A stretch of DNA of 64,000 bases from an uncultured Candidatus Rokubacteria bacterium (lineage in GTDB: Bacteria; Methylomirabilota; Methylomirabilia; Rokubacteriales; CSP1-6). Where the stretch lies: assembly GCA_963789955.1 (NCBI GenBank), contig CAWBMV010000006.1:96001-160000 (forward strand), given 5' to 3'. Each line of letters begins with the position of its first letter. Positions within the stretch are counted from its first letter, which is position 1. Shown in pieces: positions 1-9,064 of the stretch. A program made the translations under genes and the position numbers. Below the pieces are notes generated by a model. It was not told where the DNA came from. It worked only from the letters and a program-made list of their open reading frames with translations, and searched no databases.

Positions 1-2
1 AT

Positions 3-2447
3 AGAGTCGGCATCCTCACCGGCGACGTCAAGGTGAACCCGCACGCGGCGATTCTGGTCATGACGACCGAAATCCTCCGAAATGCACTTTACGGGAGCGG
101 CCTCGACGGGCTGCGCTACATCGTGCTCGACGAGTGTCACTACATGGGCGACGAGGGACGCGGCACCGTCTGGGAAGAGATCATCGTCAGCGCGCCGCCC
201 GACGTCGTGCTCGTCGGCCTCTCGGCGACCGTCGCCAACGTGAAAGAGATCGCCGACTGGATCTCGATCGTGCACCGGCCGATCATGCCGATCTTCCATC
301 CGCACCGGCCCGTGCCGCTCGCGTACGTGATCGCCGACCTCGCCGGCGAGATCCACGAGGTGGAGCGGATCCGTGCGGGTCGCGCGCGCGTCGTGGGCGA
401 CGAGCCGCGCGGTCCCGACGATCGCGGACGCTGGTACACGCGACGCGTCGTGCATCCGACGGTGCTGATCGAGGCGCTCGAGGCGCGCGGCTGGCTGCCG
501 ACGATCTATTTCATCTTCAGCCGGGTCGGCTGCGAGCGGGCGATGCAGGACGTGCTGACCGAGGGCAAGAGCCTGCTGGCGCCGCCCCAGCAGCGCGAGG
601 TGGACACGGCGATCGGCGACCTCGTCCGCGAGAGCCCGACCGTGGCCGAGTCGGTGCTGAACCAGAGCGTGTTCGAGGCGCTGCGGCTCGGCATCGGGGT
701 CCATCACGCGGGGATCCTGCCGAGCGTCAAGCGGCTCATCGAAGTGCTCTTCGAGCGCGGGCTCTGCAAGGCCGTCTTCGCGACGGAGACGATGTCGCTC
801 GGCATCCACATGCCGGCGCGCTCGGTCGTGCTCCAGGGGCTGACCAAGCGGACCGATCGCGGCTTCCGGTCTCTCTCGCACAACGAGCTGACCCAGATGG
901 CGGGCCGGGCGGGGCGCCGCGGAATCGACGCCGAGGGCACGTGCGTGATCGCGCTCGACGCCCGCGACGGGCTCGACGACCTGCTGCGGGTGATCGACAG
1001 CTCGCCGGAGCCGATCGAGAGCCAGTTCAAGCTGGGCTACGGGTCCGTCGCGCTCTTGCTCTCGACCGGAGCGCCGCCCGACGCGCTGCGCCGGCGGATC
1101 GAGTCGTCGTTCGGTCAGTACCAGAACCTCAAGCGCATCCGCGAGGTCGAAGCGGACGTGCGAAAGCTCGAGGCCTCGCTCGAGGAGCTGCGCCGCTATC
1201 CGGCGCCCTGCGGCGACTTCCAGCGGATCGGCCGCTATCGCCGCGCCCGGCAGGAAGTCGAAGCGCGCCGCCACGCGCTCGGGCGTGGAGGCGGCAAGCG
1301 CGGCGAGCGCGGCGAGCGCAGCGTGGCCGAAGCCGAACCGGGGCGGCTGATCCTGGTGCGGCGGGGCGGCGCGCCGACCCTGGCGATGGTGCTCGGGATC
1401 CACGCCATCCGCGGCCACCGCGTGCTGATCGATGCGCTCCTGCCGCACGGAGCGACCGTGCGGGTGAAGAGCGGCGTGATCAAGCGGGTCTTCTGGGCGA
1501 CGCCGCCGCTGCACGTGCCGCGTGACCGCGGGCGGGACGGACGCGACCGCGCATCGGATGGCCGCGAGCGATCAGGCAGCTGGCGCGACCAGCAGCGCGA
1601 TGATCGCGACGGCCGCGACCGCCGCGGTCCCGACGGTCGGGGGCTGCGCCACCTGGCGGTAGAGCTGGAGCGTTTGTCGGTCCCCGAGCTGATCGACCGC
1701 GAGCGCGCCCAGGGCCCCGAGGCGGCACTCGCCGCGATCGAGTGCCACCGTTGCCCGTGGGGCGCGACCGCCCGCTGCGACCGCGAGTGGCGAGAGCTCG
1801 AGACCGTCACCGAGCGCCTCGGGGTTCGACGGCGACAGCTCGAGGCGCTTCGCGGCGCGTACTGGCAGGAATTCCTCCGTGTCGTGGAAGTCCTGGAGCA
1901 GTTCGGCGCGGTGCGCGATCAGCAAGTCCAGGGAAAGGGCCGGCTCATCGCCGAGATCCGCCACGACAACGAGCTGCTCGTCGCCGAGGGCGTGTCGCAT
2001 GGCGTGTTCAACGACGTCTCCGGCCCCGAGGCGGCGGCCATCTGCTCGGCGCTGATCGAGGAGGCGCGGTCGGGCGACCCGGCACTGGCGCGCACGTTCA
2101 TGAAAAAGCGGCCCAAGCTCAAGCGCAAGCTCGATCTGCTCATGCGGGTCGCCGACACCGTGCACGAGGCCCAGCGCGCGCGCCACCTCCGCATTCCGAT
2201 CGCCGTCCACGCCGGGTTCATGCCGGCGGTGTATCGCTGGGCGTCGGGCGAGGACGACTGGAGCGCGATCGTCGAAGAGGCGTTCGGGGGCCACGAAGGT
2301 GATCTGATCCGGGCGATGCGACGGCTGATCGACCTGCTCCGTCAGCTGGCCGACAGTCCCGAGGTCCCGGCCGAGACGGCCCGGGTGATGACCCACGCCT
2401 CCCGGGTGATTGATCGTGGCATTGTTTTGGAGTCGGCCCTGATATGA
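3..2447 (+). CDS. Ski2/HelY-like DEAD/DEAH-box RNA helicase (5' end outside window)
   Basis: Motifs LTGD, MTTEILRN, DECH, LSAT, HHAG, FATET and QMAGRAGRRG; C-terminal DSHCT-like EGDLIR segment; frame is open back to base 3. Confidence 0.93.
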   Translation, partial: RVGILTGDVKVNPHAAILVMTTEILRNALYGSGLDGLRYIVLDECHYMGDEGRGTVWEEIIVSAPPDVVLVGLSATVANVKEIADWISIVHRPIMPIFHPHRPVPLAYVIADLAGEIHEVERIRAGRARVVGDEPRGPDDRGRWYTRRVVHPTVLIEALEARGWLPTIYFIFSRVGCERAMQDVLTEGKSLLAPPQQREVDTAIGDLVRESPTVAESVLNQSVFEALRLGIGVHHAGILPSVKRLIEVLFERGLCKAVFATETMSLGIHMPARSVVLQGLTKRTDRGFRSLSHNELTQMAGRAGRRGIDAEGTCVIALDARDGLDDLLRVIDSSPEPIESQFKLGYGSVALLLSTGAPPDALRRRIESSFGQYQNLKRIREVEADVRKLEASLEELRRYPAPCGDFQRIGRYRRARQEVEARRHALGRGGGKRGERGERSVAEAEPGRLILVRRGGAPTLAMVLGIHAIRGHRVLIDALLPHGATVRVKSGVIKRVFWATPPLHVPRDRGRDGRDRASDGRERSGSWRDQQRDDRDGRDRRGPDGRGLRHLAVELERLSVPELIDRERAQGPEAALAAIECHRCPWGATARCDREWRELETVTERLGVRRRQLEALRGAYWQEFLRVVEVLEQFGAVRDQQVQGKGRLIAEIRHDNELLVAEGVSHGVFNDVSGPEAAAICSALIEEARSGDPALARTFMKKRPKLKRKLDLLMRVADTVHEAQRARHLRIPIAVHAGFMPAVYRWASGEDDWSAIVEEAFGGHEGDLIRAMRRLIDLLRQLADSPEVPAETARVMTHASRVIDRGIVLESALI

Positions 2448-2938
2448 TTCGAGACGTGAAGCGAATCGCGGTCCTGGGCCTCGTTCTGCTCCTCGCCGGA
2501 TGCTTCGCGTACCGGACCAAGGAGCAGCGCACCACCGAGGGGCCGATGGCCGAGGACATCTGGACGATGAAGGTCCTCATCGCGAACGGGCGCGAACCGA
2601 ACTTCGACGAGCGGCGCCGCTGGGACAACGCGATGGAGCAGAAGATCGGTCAATACCTGCGGCAGAATCCCGAGGCCGCCAGCTCCGTCGACGTGTCGAC
2701 CTTCCGGTTCATCAAGCAGGTGACGGTCGGCCAGACCGACGAGCAAGTCGTGATCCTGCTCGGCCCGCCGCTCGCCAGGATTTCCGACGTCGCGGAGATG
2801 GAGAAGCTCGCCCGTCAGTACTGGCCGGCGGTGAAGGAGAACGAGCCGACCGAGGTGTGGACGTACCCCTCGGGCTGGCGGATCTACATGAAGGACCGGA
2901 CGGTCGTCGACATCACGCAGTACGCGATCCGTCCCTGA
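2444..2938 (+). CDS. Lipoprotein with SmpA/BamE-like motif
   Basis: Lipobox LLAGC; VTVGQTDEQVVILLGPP resembles the SmpA/OmlA GMTxxQVxxLLGxP motif; ATGA overlap with the helicase stop. Confidence 0.65.
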   Translation: MIRDVKRIAVLGLVLLLAGCFAYRTKEQRTTEGPMAEDIWTMKVLIANGREPNFDERRRWDNAMEQKIGQYLRQNPEAASSVDVSTFRFIKQVTVGQTDEQVVILLGPPLARISDVAEMEKLARQYWPAVKENEPTEVWTYPSGWRIYMKDRTVVDITQYAIRP

Positions 2939-2963
2939 CGCGGTCTCCCGTCTCGAGAATTCG

Positions 2964-4641
2964 ATGATCGAGTCCCGCCTGGTCGTCACGAAGAAGACGG
3001 CGCCGGCCCCGCACGGCATGGTGGCCGCGGAGCACCCGATCGGGGCGCGCGTGGGCGCGCGGATTCTCGAGCGCGGCGGCAACGCGGTCGACGCCGCGGT
3101 GGCGACCGCGTTCGCCATGACGGTCGTCGAGCCCTTCATGTCCACGATCGCCGGATCCGGCACGATGCTCGTGCACATGGCCCGGCGGGGCGAGACCATC
3201 GCGCTCGACTTCAACGGCTGTGCGCCGATGCGCGCGCACGCGTCGATGTTCCGCACGACGACGGGGATCTCACGCGGCCTCTTTGCCTGGCCCAACGTCG
3301 AGGGCGCGGCGAACGAGCGCGGATGGCTCGCGCCGGCGGTGCCCGGATCGGTGGCCGGGCTCTCGCTCGCGCTCGAGCGATACGGCACGCTGGCGCTTCG
3401 CGACGCGATCCAGCCGGCGATCGAGCTCGCCCGTGGCGGATTCATCACGGACTGGTACCAGGCGCTCACGACGGCGCGGCAGATCGAGGAGCTCGCGGCG
3501 GCCGGTGAGGCCGGCCGCGTGTATCTGCGAAACGGCCGAGCGCTCTACCGGCCGCCGACCGGCATGGAAGAAGGCGATCGCGCGACCTATCCCGACCTCG
3601 CGCGAAGCCTGGAGCTGATCGCCCGCGACGGGCCGAACGCGTTCTACCGGGGCGAGATCGCGCAAACCATCCACGACGCGATGGCGGCGCATGGCGGATT
3701 GATCACTCGCGAGGATCTCGCGGCCTATTCGGTGCGCGTCGGCGCGCCGCTCGTGGGCACGTACCGCGGCGTCGAGCTCGCGTTCTCGCCGGGGGCGACC
3801 GGCGGCGTCACCGCGCTGGAGATTCTCAACATCCTCGAGCAGTTCCCGAAGACCGCCGTCGGCTGGAACACGCCGGCTGGACTCAATGTCCGGGCGCAGG
3901 CCGTCCGCCGCGCGTTCGCCGATCGCTTCGAGCATCTCGGCGATCCAACGGTGGTGCAGGCCCCGTGGGATCGGCTCACGTCGAAGGCGTACGCGCGCGA
4001 GGTCGCCGCCGAGATCCGGCGTCCGGGCACGCGAGGGCGCCGGAGCGATGCGATCGACGCCCTCGGAGCGTCCGCGGCCGGCGGAGATTGCACGACACAC
4101 ATCAGCGTCATCGACCGACAGCGGAACATGGTGGCCTTGACCCACACGGCCGTCTCGCTGTTCGGCTCGATGGTCGTGGTGCCGGGCACCGGGATCCTCC
4201 TGAACAACGGGATGATCTGGTTCAACCCGGAGGCGGGGCGGCCGAACTCGGTCGCGCCGGGCAAGCGAGCGCTCGTGAACATGGTGCCGGTGCTCGGCTT
4301 CAAGAAGGGCAAGCCGTACTTCACACTGGGAGCGCCCGGCGGACGGCGGATCGTGTCGGCGATTCCCCAGGTCATCGCCTCGCTCGTCGACAGCGGCCGT
4401 GACCTCCAGGACGCGATCGAGGCACCGCGCCTGCACGCGGAGAGCAGCTGAAACGCTCGTCGACGTTCGCGTCGGGGACAAGACGCTGACCGCGCTCGGT
4501 CGGCTCGGGCAGCGGGTCGCCCCGCGAGAAGAAACGTACGCGACCCTGAATTTCGCCAAGCCGGTGGGCGTGCGGGTCGGGCGCCGCGGGCTCGAGGCGG
4601 GGCTCGACACGCTCCGTCCCGCGGCCGCGGCGGGACACTAG
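2964..4641 (+). CDS. ggt: Gamma-glutamyltransferase family protein (frameshift near 4445)
   Basis: GGNAVDAAVA, AVPGSVAG, catalytic Thr in CTTHISVID, LNNGM, GAPGG, APRLH; C-terminus continues in the 4399..4641 frame. Confidence 0.88.
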
Positions 4642-4653
4642 GAGTCCGAGACC

Positions 4654-4965
4654 ATGGCAGAGGTTGATCTGACGGCCGCGTTCTCGACGGTTCCGGCGGC
4701 GGAAGCCGAGGAGATCAAGCGGGTCATCATCGAGACCGTGAAGCAGCTCGCCCAGGACGACGGCACGTTCAAGCGCGCCAAGCTGGTCTTCACCGAGTCG
4801 GACGAGCGCTGCGGGCTCACCGCCGAGCTCGACGGCGTGAAGCGCGAGGGCGTCCCGCTCCAGATCGATATCGATCAGCTCGAAGACGCGAAGACCTCGG
4901 CCGGCGCGCGGGCCCAGCTCAAGGAAGCGCTCCGGCTCTACTTCCGGCGCGTCCTTGGAAAGTAG
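4654..4965 (+). CDS. Hypothetical protein (103 aa)
   Basis: Typical codon usage, fills the operon gap, GGAG upstream. Confidence 0.7.
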   Translation: MAEVDLTAAFSTVPAAEAEEIKRVIIETVKQLAQDDGTFKRAKLVFTESDERCGLTAELDGVKREGVPLQIDIDQLEDAKTSAGARAQLKEALRLYFRRVLGK

Positions 4966-5656
4966 CGACGCCGGTACTCTCCTCTTCTCCTGGCGCGGCT
5001 GTCTGTTTCGCGTCCCGGACCAGGTCCAGGCTCCCAAGGCCGGCTCGCTCTTCTTCTGCCGTCACCTCGTCGTGCACCCGGGTGAGCGCGTGCTCGAGAT
5101 CGGCGGCGGGCTCGGTCTGGCCGCGGTGCTCGCCGCCCGAACCGGAGCCCGAGTGACCGCGACCGACGTCCTGCCCGAGGCGGTCGAGGTGATGCGCGCC
5201 AACGCCGCGCTCAACGACGTCACGATCGATGCGCGCCTCGGCGACTGCTATGCGCCGGTCGCGGGCGAGCGCTTCGACCTGATCTGCGCGAATCCGCCGC
5301 AGATGCCGACGCCGCCTGGTCGCCAGCGACGAGATGCGGCGGCGGCGGCCGACAACGGCGGGCCCGACGGCTGGGAGCTGCTCGACCGCGTGATCGCGGG
5401 CGCGCCGCGACATCTCAACCCGGGCGGCCGGCTGATCTTCACCATCTTCGCGTTCCTCGGCGTGAAAGCCGCATTCGCGAAGGTCGAGGCCGCGGGTCTG
5501 GTCCCGGTGGTCATCGCGAGCGAGATCGAGTCGTTTCCGCGGATCGGGTACGAGCGCCTCGACCACATCCGCGCCCACGATCTGGAGGCGACGGTGCCGT
5601 CCGGGATCCCCGAGACGGTCGAGCGGTTCGTGATCCAGGGGACCGCTGCGAGGTGA
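4955..5656 (+). CDS. Class I SAM-dependent methyltransferase (HemK/PrmC-like)
   Basis: VLEIGGGLG motif I, FDLICANPPQ motif IV, DNGGPDG. Confidence 0.88.
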   Translation: MESSDAGTLLFSWRGCLFRVPDQVQAPKAGSLFFCRHLVVHPGERVLEIGGGLGLAAVLAARTGARVTATDVLPEAVEVMRANAALNDVTIDARLGDCYAPVAGERFDLICANPPQMPTPPGRQRRDAAAAADNGGPDGWELLDRVIAGAPRHLNPGGRLIFTIFAFLGVKAAFAKVEAAGLVPVVIASEIESFPRIGYERLDHIRAHDLEATVPSGIPETVERFVIQGTAAR

Positions 5657-5663
5657 CCAGCCC

Positions 5664-6407
5664 ATGACGCGACGGCTCATCGTCAACGCCGACGACTTCG
5701 GGCTGACCCCAGGGGTCAGTGCCGGCATCCTGTCGGCGCACCGCCACGGCATCGTGACCAGCACGACCTTGCTCGCCACCGCCGCGATCGACGCCGAGCA
5801 GCTGGCGGCCCTTCGCGACTCCGGTCTCGGCGTCGGCATTCACGTGAATCTCACGCTCGGCCGGCCGCTCTCCAACGGACGCTCGCTGGTCGACGCCGAC
5901 GGCCGCTTCGTGCGCGACGCGAGCCACGCCGCCGCGCGCGCCGACGCCAGAGACGTCGAGCGCGAGGTGAACGCGCAGGTCGAGAAGTTCGCCTACCTGA
6001 TGCGCCGCGAGCCGACGCATCTCGATACGCATCATCACGTCGGTCTGCTGGCGCCCGTCACCGACGTCGTGCTCGAGGCCGCGCGGCGCCTGGGTGTGGC
6101 CGTCCGCAGTCAGAACGCGACGGCGCGCGCCCGAGCGCTGACGGCCGGACTTCGCACTCCCGACCATTTCTTCGGCGAGTCCGGTCCCGGCGCGTACTGG
6201 TCGCTCGCGCGTACCCTCGCGCATCTCCGCGCCCTGCCGGCCGGCGTGTCCGAGTTCATGGCGCATCCCGGCTGGTGTGACGACGCGCTCTCCTACAGCC
6301 GCTACGGCCGCCAGCGCGAGACCGAGATGATCGGCCTGGGTACCTCGTCCGCGCGCGCGGCGGCCTCGAGCCTCGGCATCACGCTCTGCCACTTCGGCGA
6401 GCTCTAG
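5664..6407 (+). CDS. ChbG/HpnK (YdjC) family deacetylase
   Basis: LIVNADDFG, GIHVNLT, PTHLDTHHH, EFMAHPG. Confidence 0.92.
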   Translation: MTRRLIVNADDFGLTPGVSAGILSAHRHGIVTSTTLLATAAIDAEQLAALRDSGLGVGIHVNLTLGRPLSNGRSLVDADGRFVRDASHAAARADARDVEREVNAQVEKFAYLMRREPTHLDTHHHVGLLAPVTDVVLEAARRLGVAVRSQNATARARALTAGLRTPDHFFGESGPGAYWSLARTLAHLRALPAGVSEFMAHPGWCDDALSYSRYGRQRETEMIGLGTSSARAAASSLGITLCHFGEL

Positions 6408-6410
6408 CCG

Positions 6411-7456
6411 ATGCGCGCCGCCGTGCGTCGCGGCGACCGCCGGCGTCAGCCCCGACGCCGGCGTGCGGCAACCTCCTCCGTCATCGTCGGCGTCGACGTC
6501 GGAGGCACCACCACCGCCGTCGGCCTCGTCACCCGAGACGGCGAGGTGATCGCCGACACGAGCGCCCCGACTCGAGCCTCCAGCCGCGATCCCCTGGAGA
6601 CGATCGTGGCCCTCATCGGGAAGCTCACCGAGAGAGCCGGCAGGTCGAGCCGCGGTCGATCGCGGCTGTCGGCATCGGGGTACCCGGGCCGGTCGACGCG
6701 GAACGCGGTATCGTCGGGGAGCCGGTGACCCACGTCCCGGCCCTGGAGGGGCGGGCGCTCGCGGCGGAGCTCGGCGGGCGCGTCGGCTTGCCGGTCGCGA
6801 TCGACAACGACGTCAACGCGCTCGCGCTGGGCGAGGCGAGCTTCGGCACCGGTCGGGGCACCAGCTCGCTCGTCGTCCTGTCGGTGGGGACGGGGATCGG
6901 CGCCGGGATCGTGCTCGAGGGCCGGCTCGTGCGGGGTGCCGCGGGGTTCGGCGGTGAGCTGGGTCACACGCCGGTGAAGTTCGACGGGCCGCCGTGCTGG
7001 TGCGGGCTTCGCGGGTGCCTGGCATTCTATGCCAGCGGGCGGGGAATCGCCGATCTGGCGCGCGCCCGAGTCGTCGATGAGTCGGCGACGATGCTCGTGA
7101 AGGCGGCGGGCGGGGATCCGTCGGACATCACGGCGCCCCTGGTCTTTCGCGCAGCCGGGCAGGGAGACCGCCTCGCCGGGTCGATCGTGGACGAGGCGTG
7201 CCAGGCGCTCGGTGCGATGATCGGGACGATCGTGAACGGCTTGAACCCGGAGGTCCTGATCATCACGGGAGGCGTGGTGGAGTCGTACGTGAAGCTCGAG
7301 GCGGCGATACTCCGGGCGAGCCGCGAGTACGCGTTCCCGCGGGCGCTCGCGGCGACGCGCATCGAGCTCGTGCCCGGAAACAAGCGGTCGAGTGTGCGCG
7401 GCGCGGCCGCGCTTGCGCTGTACGAAACGAGCGGCCATTCGCGGAGGACACGATGA
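6411..7456 (+). CDS. ROK family sugar kinase (frameshift near 6650)
   Basis: GVDVGGT, DNDVNALALGE, VGTGIGAG, GELGH...CWCGLRGCL. Confidence 0.88.
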
Positions 7457-8505
7457 AAGCCATCACGTTCCACGGTGTCGGTGACGTGCGAGTGCAGGAC
7501 GTCGCGGAGCCCAAGGTCGTCGATCCGACCGACGTCGTCGTGAAGATCACCACGAGCGCCGTCTGCGGCTCGGACCTGCACCAGTACCACGGACGCGGCG
7601 GCGCGCTCGTGCAGACCGGCGCCGTCATGGGACACGAGTTCATGGGCACCGTCGAGGATCTCGGGCCCGCGGTCCGCCAGGTCCGCCGGGGTGACCGCGT
7701 GATCGTGCCGTTCTCGGTCTCGTGCGGCACCTGCGAATGGTGCCGGCGACGGCTACCCACCCAGTGCACGACGACCGGGCGTGCCGTCTTCGGCGGGCGA
7801 TTCGGCCACGTGTGGGGCGGCGGTCAGGCCCAGCTCATTCGCGTGCCGTTCGCCGACCACCTCTGCGAGCTGGTGCCGGCGGAGATGACCGACCACGACG
7901 CGATCTTCCTTGGCGACATCCTCTCGACCGGGTACTTCTGCGCCGAGAACGGCGGGATCCGCCCGGGTGACAACGTCGCCGTGTTCGGCGCCGGGCCGGT
8001 CGGACTGCTCGCGATGCAGTCGGCGCAGCTCTTCGGCCCGGCCCGGCTCTTCGCGATCGATCGCGTCGACTATCGGCTGAAGCTGGCCGAGGAATTCGGC
8101 GCCGAGCCGGTGAATCTCGACCGCGGGGATCCCGCCGAGCAGCTGCGCGGGCTGACGGGCGGGCGCGGCCCCGACGTGGTGCTCGAGTGCGTCGGCCACG
8201 AGACGCCGTTCACCCAGGCGATCCAGGCCGTGCGCGCGGGCGGCACGGTCGCGTCCGTCGGCGTGTACGTCGAGACGAGCCTGGGTTTCCCGGCGCGCGA
8301 GGCCTTCTTCAAGGACCTGACCCTGAAGATGGGGATCTGCAACGCGCGCAACTACATGACGCCGCTGCTGCCGCTGGTGCGCGTGGGCAAGCTCAAGCCC
8401 TCGCGCATCATCACGCACACGATGGCGCTCGGTGACGCGCCGAAGGGCTACGCGATCTTCGACCGGAAGGAAGACCGCGCGATCAAGGTGATGCTCCGGC
8501 CGTAG
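7453..8505 (+). CDS. Zn-dependent alcohol dehydrogenase (glutathione-independent formaldehyde dehydrogenase-like)
   Basis: CGSDLH, GHEF, CxxCxxC...C, GDILSTG, GAGPVG; GGAGG upstream of ATG 7453. Confidence 0.92.
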   Translation: MKAITFHGVGDVRVQDVAEPKVVDPTDVVVKITTSAVCGSDLHQYHGRGGALVQTGAVMGHEFMGTVEDLGPAVRQVRRGDRVIVPFSVSCGTCEWCRRRLPTQCTTTGRAVFGGRFGHVWGGGQAQLIRVPFADHLCELVPAEMTDHDAIFLGDILSTGYFCAENGGIRPGDNVAVFGAGPVGLLAMQSAQLFGPARLFAIDRVDYRLKLAEEFGAEPVNLDRGDPAEQLRGLTGGRGPDVVLECVGHETPFTQAIQAVRAGGTVASVGVYVETSLGFPAREAFFKDLTLKMGICNARNYMTPLLPLVRVGKLKPSRIITHTMALGDAPKGYAIFDRKEDRAIKVMLRP

Positions 8506-8506
8506 G

Positions 8507-9010
8507 TCAGGAGCGCGGCGCCTCTTCCTTCGGCTCGCCTTTCAGGAGATCGTCCAGAATCTTCGGGAGACGCGCCACCGCCGACGCGCCGTGGATCTGC
8601 GCGACCATCTCGCCCCGCCGGTCGATCACGACCGTGTACGGCGTGCCCTTGAAGCCGAAGGTGTTCCCGATCGTGAGCCGCGGGTCGAGCGCCACCGGAT
8701 AGGTCACCTTGTACTTGCGCACGAACGCCCGCGTGTCGGCCGCGGTGTCCTGCACGTGGATCGCCACCACTTCGACCTCCCGCGAGCGGTACTTCTCGAA
8801 GAGGCGGCCGAGGGCCGGCGCCTCCTTCGCGCACGCCTTGCAGTAGGAGGCCTGGAACCGCAGCACGAGGATCTTCTTGCCGATGAGGTCGCGCGAGTCG
8901 AGTGACGTCTTGCCGTCGATCAGGCGAACCTTGAACCCCGGCGCGGCGGGCGCCGCTTCGCTGCTGGCGGTCAAGGCGAGGAGCAGCGCGAACACGACGA
9001 AGCGAGTCAC
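8507..9010 (-). CDS. TlpA/redoxin family thiol-disulfide protein
   Basis: Signal peptide, FQASYCKAC (CxxC), GTPYTVVIDRRG. Confidence 0.85.
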   Translation of the reverse strand: MTRFVVFALLLALTASSEAAPAAPGFKVRLIDGKTSLDSRDLIGKKILVLRFQASYCKACAKEAPALGRLFEKYRSREVEVVAIHVQDTAADTRAFVRKYKVTYPVALDPRLTIGNTFGFKGTPYTVVIDRRGEMVAQIHGASAVARLPKILDDLLKGEPKEEAPRS

Positions 9011-9064
9011 ACGACTATAGTACCCGTAGGCATCGCCCCGCGACCACCGAGTATAATGGCCGAG

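Noticed and set aside
4440..4455. TGA ending the ggt ORF as a readthrough site
   Set aside because: The continuation is in a different frame, so it is a frameshift
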